Both the position numbers and the translations under genes were made by a program. From Ruminococcus sp. (GTDB lineage: Bacteria > Bacillota > Clostridia > Oscillospirales > Acutalibacteraceae): DNA of 64,000 bases. The notes beneath the pieces were generated by a model, which saw only the letters and a list, made by a program, of their open reading frames with translations, had not been told where the DNA came from and searched no databases. The stretch lies in the NCBI GenBank assembly GCA_051880855.1, contig JBJEOT010000058.1, positions 1,893 through 65,892 of the forward strand, read 5' to 3'. Below are positions 18,823-27,814 of this stretch, piece by piece; the stretch's first letter is position 1; each line of letters begins with the position of its first letter.

Positions 18823-20256
18823 ATGAGAAAAACTAAAATTGTATGCACCATAGGTCCTGCCTGTAACAATAAGGAAACCCTTATTAAAATGATCGATGCA
18901 GGTATGAATGTAGCAAGAATTAACCTCTCTCACGGCACATACGATAACATTAAGAGCTATATTGATGTAGTGAATGAGGCTTCAAAAGAATGTGGCAAGG
19001 AGGTTGCGATTCTGCTTGATACAAAGGGCCCCGAGGTTAGAGTGGGACTTTTTGAGAACGGCTCTGTCACCCTTAAAAAGGGTCAGGACTTTGAGCTTTA
19101 CAAAGATGAAAAGACAGGCACCGATAAGGGCGTCAGCATCTCCTATCCGCGCCTTGTGGATATCCTCAAGGCAGATTCCGGCATTATCGGCAAACAGATT
19201 CTCTTTGATGACGGCAAAATTGTCACCAAGGTTAAGTCCACTCAGTCTGACAGAATTATCCTCACCGTTGAGGCAGGAGGCAAGCTCTCTGACCGCAAGA
19301 GCCTTAACATTCCGGATTATCACATAAATATGCCCTATGTTAGCGCACAGGACAGACACGACCTTGAATTCGGACTTGAACAGGGAGCAACCTACATTGC
19401 CGCTTCCTTTGTGCGCTCGGCAGAGGATGTTACAACTCTGCGCGACTTTATCAATAGCTTAGGCTATGAAAACATTGAGATTATTTCAAAGATTGAAAAT
19501 CAAAGCGGCGTATCCGATATCGACAACATTATCCGAGTAAGCGACGGCATAATGGTTGCAAGAGGAGATATGGGGGTTGAGATTCCGTTTATCCGTCTGC
19601 CTGAGATTCAGAAGTCGATTATAAGAAAATGCGTTACCGCAGGTAAGTTCGTTATTACGGCTACTCAGCTTCTTGAGAGTATGACAACCTGTCCCAGACC
19701 CACAAGGGCAGAGATAAGCGATGTTGCAAATGCTGTTTATGACGGTACCTCTGCGGTTATGCTTTCAGGGGAATCTGCTGCAGGCAAATACCCTGTGGAG
19801 AGCGTAACGGCACTTTGTGATATATGTACCGAGGCTGAGCGTCACCGTGAGCTTCATGTTCTGCGCGATTACCTTAACCGCAATCCTGAGGACACCTCCT
19901 TCAGAGAGAATATCTGCCACGCCGCTAAAACCATTGCCGAGCATATCGGAGCCGCAGCAATTCTTGTTGAAAGTAAAACAGGCTCGGTTGCCCGTGCTAT
20001 GGCAAGATACCGCCCCGACTGTGACATCATCGCTGTTGTAACCTCTAAAGAGGTTTGCCGAAAGCTCTCTCTCAATTGGGGCATCACCGCAGTTTACGGC
20101 AAGGAGCTTAAGGAAAGCGACGAGATTACCCTGCAGGCGATGCAGAAGGCTCTTGAGACAGGAATTGTTAAAAAAGGTGATGTGGTAATTGTAATATCCT
20201 CCAACAAAACCGTGCCCACCTCCTCTACCGATACACTCAACATCCGTGTTATCTGA
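18823..20256 (+). CDS. pyk: Pyruvate kinase
   Basis: MRKTKIVCTIGP, DTKGPEVR, SKIEN, MVARGDMG, ATQLLESM, PTRAE; GGAGG RBS; TTGAAA-17-TATTAT promoter 18733-18761. Confidence 0.96.
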   Translation: MRKTKIVCTIGPACNNKETLIKMIDAGMNVARINLSHGTYDNIKSYIDVVNEASKECGKEVAILLDTKGPEVRVGLFENGSVTLKKGQDFELYKDEKTGTDKGVSISYPRLVDILKADSGIIGKQILFDDGKIVTKVKSTQSDRIILTVEAGGKLSDRKSLNIPDYHINMPYVSAQDRHDLEFGLEQGATYIAASFVRSAEDVTTLRDFINSLGYENIEIISKIENQSGVSDIDNIIRVSDGIMVARGDMGVEIPFIRLPEIQKSIIRKCVTAGKFVITATQLLESMTTCPRPTRAEISDVANAVYDGTSAVMLSGESAAGKYPVESVTALCDICTEAERHRELHVLRDYLNRNPEDTSFRENICHAAKTIAEHIGAAAILVESKTGSVARAMARYRPDCDIIAVVTSKEVCRKLSLNWGITAVYGKELKESDEITLQAMQKALETGIVKKGDVVIVISSNKTVPTSSTDTLNIRVI

Positions 20257-20292
20257 TTTTGTGTATTTTTGTATGTAATTAAACAGTATTGT

Positions 20293-20325
20293 GAGAGCGT
20301 ATATTTCGGTATACGCTCTTTGTTT
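20293..20325 (+). terminator. Intrinsic terminator after pyk
   Basis: AGAGCGTATA / TATACGCTCT stem plus TTGTTT. Confidence 0.7.
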
Positions 20326-20336
20326 GCAAAAAAATG

Positions 20337-20365
20337 TTGACATATGAAAAGCTTGGTAGTATAAT
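20337..20365 (+). promoter_or_regulatory. Consensus sigma-A promoter of the lysine-riboswitch operon
   Basis: TTGACA-17 nt-TATAAT. Confidence 0.85.
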
Positions 20366-20377
20366 CTGTTCAAATTA

Positions 20378-20556
20378 GAGATAGAGGCGTGAATGACATC
20401 AGTACCCTCGGCAGACCGCTTATCGGTCAAGGCGCAAACCGCCGCTCAGGGGAAAGGGGATTTCACCGAAACGCTCAGCGGAGTTTTGGCCTTTGGGCGT
20501 TGGGTCGGCAGGGAATACCTGTCGGACTGTCACAAAAAGTTTGTGAAGAGCTATCC
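20378..20556 (+). ncRNA. Lysine riboswitch (L-box)
   Basis: Ordered conserved blocks GATAGAGG..., ATCAGTA, GAAAGG, CCGAA, TTGGG, GAATA, ACTGTCA, GAAGAGCTATC; P1 GATAG/CTATC; upstream of an amino-acid ABC importer. Confidence 0.9.
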
Positions 20557-20603
20557 ATGGCATATTGAACAATCGGCACTGTATCGCCGTTTTTGTTTTC
20601 CGT

Positions 20604-20635
20604 GGATCGCTTCAGGCGGTCCGTTTTTTTGTTTT
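20604..20635 (+). terminator. Riboswitch expression-platform terminator
   Basis: GGATCGC-ttcag-GCGGTCC plus T7; its 5' arm (CCGTGGAT) can alternatively pair with ATCCATGG overlapping the P1 3' strand. Confidence 0.75.
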
Positions 20636-20692
20636 ATTCGGTGTTTTACACCGTAAAATAAACATTCATTTATTGAAGAAAGGTGATTATGT

Positions 20693-21529
20693 ATGAAAAA
20701 GATTTTTGCGCTCATTCTTGCGGTTGTTATGCTTGCTTCCTTAGCAGCTTGCTCCGGCGGAGAAAAAACAGGCGTTGAGGACGGAGTTCTCACAGTAGGT
20801 ATGGAGTGTGCTTATGCTCCCTACAACTGGACTCAGACAGACGACTCTAACGGCGCTGTTCCCATTAAGGATTCCAATGACTATGCTAACGGCTACGATG
20901 TTATGATTGCAAAGAAGATTTGTGAGGCTAACGGCTGGGAGCTTGAGATTGTTCGCTCCGACTGGGATTCACTTGTACCCGGTGTTCAGACAGGTGTTAT
21001 TGATGTTGCCATTGCAGGTCAGTCTATGACCGAAGCAAGAAGTCAGGAGGTTGACTTTGCAGGTCCCTACTTCTATGCTTCTATCGTCTGCGTTACAAAG
21101 AGCGACAGCAAGTTTGCCGATGCAATGGGACTTTCTGACCTTTCAGGCGGTACCTGCACAGCTCAGATAGCTACAATCTGGTACGATTCCTGCCTGCCTC
21201 AGATTGAGGGCGTTGATATTAAGACAGCTACCGAGAATGCTCCTGCTATGCTTATGGCTTTGGAGACAGGTATGGTAGACTTCATCTGCACAGATATGCC
21301 CACGGCACTGGGTGCAGTTGCAGCTTATCCCGATATGAAGGTTCTTGACTTTACGGGTACAGAGGACGACTTCGATGTTGACGAAGGCGAAATCAACATC
21401 GGTATCTCTATGAGAAAGGGCAACACAGAGCTCAAGGACGCTATCAATGCAGTTCTCTCTGAGATGACCGAAGAAGACTTTAAGGATATTATGGATGAGG
21501 CTATTGCTTGTCAGCCCATTACTAACTGA
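20693..21529 (+). CDS. Polar amino-acid ABC substrate-binding lipoprotein (probably lysine)
   Basis: Lipobox LAAC, VGMECAYAPYNW, GYDV; directly under lysine riboswitch. Confidence 0.88.
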   Translation: MKKIFALILAVVMLASLAACSGGEKTGVEDGVLTVGMECAYAPYNWTQTDDSNGAVPIKDSNDYANGYDVMIAKKICEANGWELEIVRSDWDSLVPGVQTGVIDVAIAGQSMTEARSQEVDFAGPYFYASIVCVTKSDSKFADAMGLSDLSGGTCTAQIATIWYDSCLPQIEGVDIKTATENAPAMLMALETGMVDFICTDMPTALGAVAAYPDMKVLDFTGTEDDFDVDEGEINIGISMRKGNTELKDAINAVLSEMTEEDFKDIMDEAIACQPITN

Positions 21530-21559
21530 CTTTTTAGTTAACTTCTGAAAGGAGGGGTC

Positions 21560-22420
21560 TTGGTGAATATGTTTTTCAGTGATATCGCAAGGCTCTTGGA
21601 GGACTACGGCGGTTTATATTTAAGCGGTATGGCAAACACATTGATCCTTGCCCTTATAGCAACTGTCATAGGCTGTATTATAGGTTTTGCCTGCGGTATT
21701 CTTCAGACCATTCCCTGTCAGAAGACAGACAATGTTTTCAAAAGAGTACTGCTCAAGGTTATCAGGTGTATAGTCCGTGTTTATGTCGAGGTGTTCAGAG
21801 GTACTCCCATGGTGCTTCAGGCTGTGTTTATCTACTATGGCCTGCCTTATGTAACAGGCGGTGCTCTGAGGTTTACCAACGCGTGGACAGCGGCTATTCT
21901 GGTTGTTTCTATCAACACAGGTGCTTATATGGCGGAATCTGTCAGAGGCGGTATTATCTCTATTGATCCGGGTCAGACAGAGGGCGCAAAGGCAATCGGT
22001 ATGACACACTTCCAGACAATGATTAATGTTATACTGCCTCAGGCTATCCGAAACATTATGCCGCAGATAGGCAATAACTTTATCATCAATGTTAAGGATA
22101 CCTCTGTTATGTTTATCATAAGCTTTACAGAATTCTTTGCAGCTCACAGGGCAGCCACAGGTGCAACCTATCTTTACTTCCCGTCGGCAGCGGTTGAGAT
22201 GGTGGGTTACCTTACAATGACTCTTGTTGCATCCTTTATTCTCAGAGCAATTGAGAAGAAGATGGACGGCTCAAAGAGCTATGAGCTTGTGCAGACCGAT
22301 TCCCTTACAATGACAGCAGGTACATATTCTCATCCCCGGAAGGGCAGTCCCTATGATGAGCACAGCCCTGAGGCTGAGAAGATGATGAACGATTTTGAAC
22401 TTCAGAAGAGGGGTAGATGA
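21560..22420 (+). CDS. Amino-acid ABC permease
   Basis: [41 protein letters not shown]. Confidence 0.92.
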   Translation: MVNMFFSDIARLLEDYGGLYLSGMANTLILALIATVIGCIIGFACGILQTIPCQKTDNVFKRVLLKVIRCIVRVYVEVFRGTPMVLQAVFIYYGLPYVTGGALRFTNAWTAAILVVSINTGAYMAESVRGGIISIDPGQTEGAKAIGMTHFQTMINVILPQAIRNIMPQIGNNFIINVKDTSVMFIISFTEFFAAHRAATGATYLYFPSAAVEMVGYLTMTLVASFILRAIEKKMDGSKSYELVQTDSLTMTAGTYSHPRKGSPYDEHSPEAEKMMNDFELQKRGR

Positions 22421-22421
22421 A

Positions 22422-23162
22422 ATGGCAGAAACAATTTTGAAGATAGACCATCTATCCAAATCCTTCGGAAAAAATCAGGTGCTTGTTGATATTGACTTTA
22501 CGGTTGAGCGCGGTGATGTTACCTCTGTTATCGGAGCCTCCGGCTCCGGCAAGTCTACGCTGTTGCGCTGCATCAACCTTTTGGAGACTCCCTCCGGCGG
22601 TGATATTATCTACCTCGGAAAGAATGTTACCAAGGGCGAGGTCAGGGTGAATAACTACCGTTCAAAGGTGGGTATGGTGTTTCAGTCCTTCAACCTGTTT
22701 AACAATATGACGGTTTTGGAAAACTGCATTGTAGGTCAGGTCAAGGTGCTGAAGAAGAGCCGTGCCGAGGCTAAGGAGATTGCCCTGCACTTCCTTGATA
22801 AGGTCGGAATGGCACCCTACATAAACGCAAAGCCCAGACAGATTTCAGGCGGTCAGAAGCAGAGAGTTGCCATTGCAAGAGCTCTTTCTATGAAGCCTGA
22901 GGTGCTCCTTTTTGACGAGCCTACATCAGCTCTTGATCCTGAGATGGTGGGTGAGGTGCTGAATGTAATGAAGGTTCTTGCAAGCGAGGGCACAACAATG
23001 CTTGTTGTTACGCACGAGATGTCTTTTGCAAGAGATGTCAGCAACAAGGTTGTGTTTATGAACAAGGGCGTTATCTGCGAGCAGGGCACACCCGAAGAGG
23101 TGCTCCGGAATCCCAAGAATCAGGAGACCAAGGATTTTCTTTCAAGGTTTATTAATAACTGA
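22422..23162 (+). CDS. Amino-acid ABC ATP-binding protein (GlnQ-like)
   Basis: [40 protein letters not shown]. Confidence 0.93.
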   Translation: MAETILKIDHLSKSFGKNQVLVDIDFTVERGDVTSVIGASGSGKSTLLRCINLLETPSGGDIIYLGKNVTKGEVRVNNYRSKVGMVFQSFNLFNNMTVLENCIVGQVKVLKKSRAEAKEIALHFLDKVGMAPYINAKPRQISGGQKQRVAIARALSMKPEVLLFDEPTSALDPEMVGEVLNVMKVLASEGTTMLVVTHEMSFARDVSNKVVFMNKGVICEQGTPEEVLRNPKNQETKDFLSRFINN

Positions 23163-23181
23163 TAAAAGTATTGAAAGATAT

Positions 23182-23222
23182 AAAAACAACTCCCGTCTGT
23201 TTTATCGGACGGGAGTTGTTCT
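23182..23222. terminator. Bidirectional terminator between ABC operon and rubredoxin gene
   Basis: AACAACTCCCGTCTG / CGGACGGGAGTTGTT inverted repeat between convergent genes. Confidence 0.8.
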
Positions 23223-23253
23223 GTTAAATATGTGTTTCAGAATTCATTGAGGA

Positions 23254-23364
23254 TTAGTCCTCTTTCTTTTCAAACTGATCTGCAGGAACTCCGCAGATAG
23301 GGCACTCTTCGGGAGCTTCTGCTCCTTCGTGAATGTAACCGCATACTGTGCAAACCCAAGACAT
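23254..23364 (-). CDS. 36-aa stand-alone short rubredoxin-like protein (not in ORF track)
   Basis: AGGAGGTG RBS then MSWVCTVCGYIHEGAEAPEECPICGVPADQFEKKED*; CxxCGY...CPxCG as in rubrerythrin-type rubredoxin domains. Confidence 0.9.
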   Translation of the reverse strand: MSWVCTVCGYIHEGAEAPEECPICGVPADQFEKKED

Positions 23365-23395
23365 ACATACACCTCCTAATAATATATATATTTAT

Positions 23396-23779
23396 TTACT
23401 TATTTTCCGTACAGCTTCGGCAATTGCCGTAATATGTAAGGAAGACAGTCTGAACCTCAAAACCGTTTTGCTCACCGAGAAGCAAGTTGCTTGTATCGCT
23501 TAAAGGAATATCGTAAACCGAATTGCATTTGTTGCAGACAAAGTGAGCGTGCAAAGATGTGTCTCCGTCAAAACGCTCCTCGCCGTTAACACTTGCCACC
23601 GAGGTTATAAGCCCCTGATTGAGAAACAGCGCAAGATTGCGGTAAACCGTACCAAGGCTCAAATCGGGTATTTCCTCTTTGAGGGTGTCGTAAATCCATT
23701 TGGCGCTTGGGTGGGTTTTGGTAGAATTAATTGTATCAAGAATCATCTGCCGTTTTCTGCTGAAATTTTGTCCGCTCAT
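23396..23779 (-). CDS. Fur-family regulator, PerR-like
   Basis: HPSA, LSLGTVYRNL, RFD, HAHFVCNKC, CRSC; co-oriented with rubredoxin. Confidence 0.88.
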   Translation of the reverse strand: MSGQNFSRKRQMILDTINSTKTHPSAKWIYDTLKEEIPDLSLGTVYRNLALFLNQGLITSVASVNGEERFDGDTSLHAHFVCNKCNSVYDIPLSDTSNLLLGEQNGFEVQTVFLTYYGNCRSCTENK

Positions 23780-23789
23780 AGCTCCTCCA

Positions 23790-23844
23790 AAACAGGAATG
23801 ATTACTATTTTAATTATTTTACCACAAAAGTTTTCCTTTGTAAA
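23790..23844 (-). promoter_or_regulatory. Promoter and imperfect palindromic operator of the Fur/PerR gene
   Basis: TTTACA-17-TAAAAT (23816-23844, minus strand); 10-1-10 palindrome AAATAGTAAT-C-ATTCCTGTTT (2 mismatches) at 23790-23810 over the start site. Confidence 0.6.
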
Positions 23845-23913
23845 CACCGAGCATAAAAAACCTTTAAGATAAGTATAATTTTATATACTCAATTTAGTTT
23901 AGGAGAATGATTT

Positions 23914-24456
23914 ATGCCCACAATTTATTTAAGCCCGTCTCTTCAGGAGTCAAACCCCTACTACGGCGGAGGTAACGAGGAATACTATATGAACCTTATT
24001 GCCGACGCTATGGAGCCGTATCTGAGAGCAAGCGGAATCGATTTTGTGAGAAACAATCCACAGGATACCCTGAGTCAGACCATCAGAAACTCAAACGCGG
24101 GGAATTACGACCTTCACCTTGCAATTCACTCCAACGCATCCTCGGCTGACAGAGCGGGAAGTGCAACAGGCGTGCAGGTTTATTATTATCCCACAAGCAC
24201 AAGGGGCAAGCGCTTTGCAGATATTATTGCAGATAATTACAAGGGGCTTTATTTCAACCCGAACAAGATTACGACAATACCTACAACTTCCCTTGCGGAG
24301 GTGCGTCAGACCAAGGCTCCTGCGGCATTGGTGGAGGTAGCGTTCCACGATAATCCAACAGATGCAGAGTGGATAAGACAAAACATCGACGGCATTGCCA
24401 AAAACCTGTCTCAAAGCGTTGCAGACTACCTCGGAGTGCCGTTTGTATCACCTTGA
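23914..24456 (+). CDS. N-acetylmuramoyl-L-alanine amidase (Amidase_3), no signal peptide
   Basis: IYLSPS, E, LAIHSNAS, ALVEVAFHDN motifs. Confidence 0.88.
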   Translation: MPTIYLSPSLQESNPYYGGGNEEYYMNLIADAMEPYLRASGIDFVRNNPQDTLSQTIRNSNAGNYDLHLAIHSNASSADRAGSATGVQVYYYPTSTRGKRFADIIADNYKGLYFNPNKITTIPTTSLAEVRQTKAPAALVEVAFHDNPTDAEWIRQNIDGIAKNLSQSVADYLGVPFVSP

Positions 24457-24514
24457 TTTATGAAATATTTGGTGTATAATAAGGGTGTAGTTTTTAAGCT
24501 AAGGATGTGTTAAG

Positions 24515-25186
24515 ATGAACTGTGATAAAAAGCTTGATATGACCGTTATTGAAAAAACAATGGAAAATCTTGAAAAAAACAATATGAAGCCTTATTTCTG
24601 CGGTACCTCTCAGGAGGCTCTCGCTCTTGTAAAAAGCCTTATGTGCCAAGGTGAAACCGTTGCCTGCGGCGGCTCTGCGACACTTAAAGAAACAGGCGTA
24701 GCAGACCTTCTCAGAAGCGGAGAGTATAACCTCCTTGACAGAGATAAAGAGGGCTTGACGCGTGAAGAGATAGAGGCGATTTTCGTCAAATCCTTCGCTG
24801 CAGATACCTACCTTATGAGCACCAACGCTCTTACTGAGCAGGGTGAGCTTTACAATGTGGACGGCAACTCCAACCGGGTTGCAGCACTTCTTTACGGACC
24901 AAAGAGCGTTATTGTGCTTTGCGGTTACAATAAGATTGTCAAAAATCTTGATGAGGCAGTAAAGCGAGTTAAGGAGATTTCTGCGCCCCTTAACACAAAA
25001 AGACTTCACACAGGCGCTTATTGCGAGGCTCTGGGCAAGTGCAAATCCCTTCAAAAGGATGACGCCTTTATGTGTGACGGCTGCAGAGGTACAGGCAGAA
25101 TCTGCTGTAACTATGTAGTGTCTGCTCAACAGCGCAAAAAGGATAGAATAAAGGTAATCATTGTCGGCGAGGAGCTGGGATTTTAG
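24515..25186 (+). CDS. LUD-domain (LutC-like / DUF1121) protein
   Basis: GGSATL, STNALTEQGELYNVDGNSNRVAA, GYNKIV, RICC, GEELGF. Confidence 0.88.
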   Translation: MNCDKKLDMTVIEKTMENLEKNNMKPYFCGTSQEALALVKSLMCQGETVACGGSATLKETGVADLLRSGEYNLLDRDKEGLTREEIEAIFVKSFAADTYLMSTNALTEQGELYNVDGNSNRVAALLYGPKSVIVLCGYNKIVKNLDEAVKRVKEISAPLNTKRLHTGAYCEALGKCKSLQKDDAFMCDGCRGTGRICCNYVVSAQQRKKDRIKVIIVGEELGF

Positions 25187-25284
25187 TTTAACCGGTCAGA
25201 GAGCTGTCAGCAAGAAGTGTGAAGAAGCCGAATAATCTGTTCTGTTTTGCTTTTAGCTTTTCGGCAAAACAGAGATAATGGCAT

Positions 25285-25352
25285 TTTCTCGGAGAAGATA
25301 GCTTATGTACTGAGCGTCGGCTATCCTCCGAGAGAACGCCTCGGAGGATAGC
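25285..25352. repeat. Three-segment alternative hairpin (perfect 13-bp inverted repeat plus an upstream competing copy)
   Basis: GCTATCCTCCGAG (25320-25332) pairs with CTCGGAGGATAGC (25340-25352) or with CTCGGAGAAGATAGC (25288-25302). Confidence 0.8.
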
Positions 25353-25368
25353 ATTATGAATAGCGGAT

Positions 25369-25515
25369 TTACTTATTCTGATTCTTGTTCTGGTTGTTAT
25401 TCTGATTGTTATTCTGCTGATTCTTATTCTGGTTGTTATTCTGATTGTTGTTCTGATTGTTGTTCTGCTGATTTCTGTTCTGATTGTTATTGTTATTGTT
25501 ATTGTTCTGGTTCAT
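25369..25515 (-). CDS. 48-aa Asn/Gln-rich microprotein (not in ORF track)
   Basis: AGGGAGGTG RBS; MNQNNNNNNNNQNRNQQNNNQNNNQNNNQNKNQQNNNQNNNQNKNQNK*; 31 N + 12 Q; repeat variation is largely synonymous AAC/AAT in this frame; hairpin downstream. Confidence 0.75.
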   Translation of the reverse strand: MNQNNNNNNNNQNRNQQNNNQNNNQNNNQNKNQQNNNQNNNQNKNQNK

Positions 25516-25588
25516 TGTTTGCACCTCCCTTTATACTGCGAGGATTTATCCTCGACTATATTATCTGCCGTTTATTTTGGAATATACT

Positions 25589-26938
25589 ATGAATGAATTT
25601 TTTTTGAGAATCAAGCCTCTGCTTTCAGAGGAAGAATTTGTAATTTTTCAAAATGAATACAAAAAGCCCTTCTTCAGAGGTGTTAGAGTTAACACTCTCA
25701 AGTGCAGTGTGGAGAAGTTTACTTCCCTGCTTCAGAACGAGGGGATAAATCTGACACCCACACCCTTTTGCGAGGAAGGCTTCTATATCGAAGAAAACAC
25801 CCCCTTAAGCGGAAAACATCCTCTGCACCACGCAGGAGCGATTTATTTTCAGGAGCCGTCTGCAATGTCTGCGGCATCGGTGCTGTGCGCTCAAAAAGGG
25901 GACAAGGTTTTGGATTTGTGCGCCGCTCCCGGCGGTAAGTCTACTCAGCTGGCCGCTGCCCTCGGCGGTGAGGGTTTGCTGTGGAGCAACGAGTATGTAA
26001 GAAGCAGAGCCAATATTCTAGTTTCCAACCTTGAGCGCTGCGGCGTTTCAAACGGAGTGGTATCCTCTTGTGAGCCTGAGGTACTGTGCACATCCTTAGA
26101 GGGCTTTTTTGACAAGGTGCTGGTGGATGCTCCCTGTTCGGGCGAGGGAATGTTTCGCCGTGACAAAGAAGCAAGGGAGGAGTGGTCTCCGGAGCACTCC
26201 GACTCCTGCGCTGTGCGCCAGCTCAAAATCTTAAACAGCGCAAAGAAAGCTCTCAAAGCCGAGGGTGTGCTTGTTTACTCTACCTGCACATTTTCATACG
26301 AAGAAAACGAGGGAGTAATAGAGAAATTCCTCAAAGAAAATCCCGACTTTGAGCTTGCAGACGCAGGCGAAACATTCGGCAGAAGAACACTCGGCAGCCT
26401 TGCCTGCCGGATATTTCCTATGGACGGAGGAGAGGGCCACTTTGTAGCAAAGCTCAGAAAAAAGTCGGGCAAAGAAGAGTGTTGCCGAGGCGGCTTATTG
26501 AGGGCAAAAGCTGCCGGCCAAAAGAAAATCCCCGATTTTGTAAAAGACTTTTTTACAGATACATTTGAGACTGTGGATTTTGAGGACAGGCTTTCGCTTA
26601 TTGGCGATAAGGTATATATTCTGCCCGAATTTTGCCCTGAGCTTTCCGGCTTAGGCGTTGTCAGAGCGGGCGTTTTGGCAGGTGTGGTTAAGAAAAATTA
26701 CTTTGAGCCTGCCCACGCTCTGTATATGGCGTCTGACATTAATAACCTTAAACAGGTAGTTAATCTGAAACTTTATGACATAAGAACGCAAAAATTCCTC
26801 CACGGCGAAGAAATAGCCGTAGAGGAAAGCATAAAGGGCTACACCGGTGTAGCCTTGGAGGGCATTATTACCGGATTTGGCAAGGTGAGCTCGGGAATGC
26901 TTAAAAACAAATATCCCAAGGGACTGAGAAATCTGTAA
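25589..26938 (+). CDS. rsmF: RsmB/NOP-family RNA m5C methyltransferase, RsmF-like
   Basis: GVRVNTLK, YFQEPSAM, LDLCAAPGGKS, VDAPCSGEGMFR, YSTCTF..EENE, LKNKYPKGLR; real start probably ATG 25589. Confidence 0.88.
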   Translation: MNEFFLRIKPLLSEEEFVIFQNEYKKPFFRGVRVNTLKCSVEKFTSLLQNEGINLTPTPFCEEGFYIEENTPLSGKHPLHHAGAIYFQEPSAMSAASVLCAQKGDKVLDLCAAPGGKSTQLAAALGGEGLLWSNEYVRSRANILVSNLERCGVSNGVVSSCEPEVLCTSLEGFFDKVLVDAPCSGEGMFRRDKEAREEWSPEHSDSCAVRQLKILNSAKKALKAEGVLVYSTCTFSYEENEGVIEKFLKENPDFELADAGETFGRRTLGSLACRIFPMDGGEGHFVAKLRKKSGKEECCRGGLLRAKAAGQKKIPDFVKDFFTDTFETVDFEDRLSLIGDKVYILPEFCPELSGLGVVRAGVLAGVVKKNYFEPAHALYMASDINNLKQVVNLKLYDIRTQKFLHGEEIAVEESIKGYTGVALEGIITGFGKVSSGMLKNKYPKGLRNL

Positions 26939-26947
26939 AGAGGTGAT

Positions 26948-27814
26948 TTGGTGGACAGACTGTGTGACATTGGCGAAATTAAAAGAATAATGAATGAGTC
27001 GGGGTTTACCTTTTCTAAGTCTTTGGGACAGAATTTTATTGTGAATCCTTCTGTTTGCCCAAGAATGGCAGAGCTTTGCGGTGCAGACGAAAACACCGGT
27101 GTGCTGGAGATTGGCCCGGGTATAGGCGTGCTCACAAACGAGCTTTGCAAGGTGGCAAAAAAAGTAGTTGCCGTTGAGCTTGACAAAAGACTGCCTGAGA
27201 TTCTTAAGGTGACGCTTCAGGACCACAGCAATGTAAAAATAATCAGCGGTGATGTAATGGAGTTACCCCTTGCTGAGATTATCAAGGAAGAGTTTGAGGG
27301 TATGGAGGTAGTTGTCTGTGCAAATTTGCCGTACTACATTACCTCGCCTGTAATAATGAAGCTTTTAGAGGAGAGGCTCCCCATAAAAGCACTCACCGTT
27401 ATGGTACAGAAGGAAGCGGCAGACAGACTATGTGCAGAAATGGGCACAAGAGCCTGCGGAGCGGTTACGGCTGCTGTGAGATTTTACAGCACGCCGAAGC
27501 TTCTGTTCAAGGTTTCTGCAGGTTCGTTTATGCCTGCACCCAAGGTTGACTCTGCGGTTATCAGAATGGATATTCACGAAAAACCCCTTTTTGAGCTAAA
27601 TGATGAAAAGCTGTTTTTTTCGGTGGTAAGAGGTGCCTTCTCTCAACGCAGGAAAACCGTGATTAATTCCCTTTCGTCTGCTATCGGCCTTGACAAGGCG
27701 GTCTTGCAAAGCTTGGCAGAAAGCAAGGGGATAAATCCTCTTGCAAGACCCGAACAGTTGTCCTTAGAGGAATTCGGCGCTCTTGCAAACGGAATATGGG
27801 AGGTTAAAAAGTGA
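26948..27814 (+). CDS. rsmA: 16S rRNA dimethyladenosine transferase
   Basis: KSLGQNF, LEIGPGIGVLT, ANLPYYIT, MVQKE, PAPKVDSAV, QRRKT. Confidence 0.96.
   Translation: MVDRLCDIGEIKRIMNESGFTFSKSLGQNFIVNPSVCPRMAELCGADENTGVLEIGPGIGVLTNELCKVAKKVVAVELDKRLPEILKVTLQDHSNVKIISGDVMELPLAEIIKEEFEGMEVVVCANLPYYITSPVIMKLLEERLPIKALTVMVQKEAADRLCAEMGTRACGAVTAAVRFYSTPKLLFKVSAGSFMPAPKVDSAVIRMDIHEKPLFELNDEKLFFSVVRGAFSQRRKTVINSLSSAIGLDKAVLQSLAESKGINPLARPEQLSLEEFGALANGIWEVKK

Noticed and set aside
25369-25515. CRISPR array or plain microsatellite
   Set aside because: No unique spacers, no constant repeat length and no cas genes; variation keeps a triplet frame coding N/Q
25200-25515. N/Q peptide as a classical amino-acid attenuator leader
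   Set aside because: No minus-strand gene follows it (the next gene is convergent) and no clear U-tract terminator pairs with the third segment; gatCAB is 8-11 kb away on the other strand
25484-25588. Leu-rich N-terminal extension of RsmF in the ORF track
   Set aside because: It comes from reading through the repeat; family similarity begins at ATG 25589
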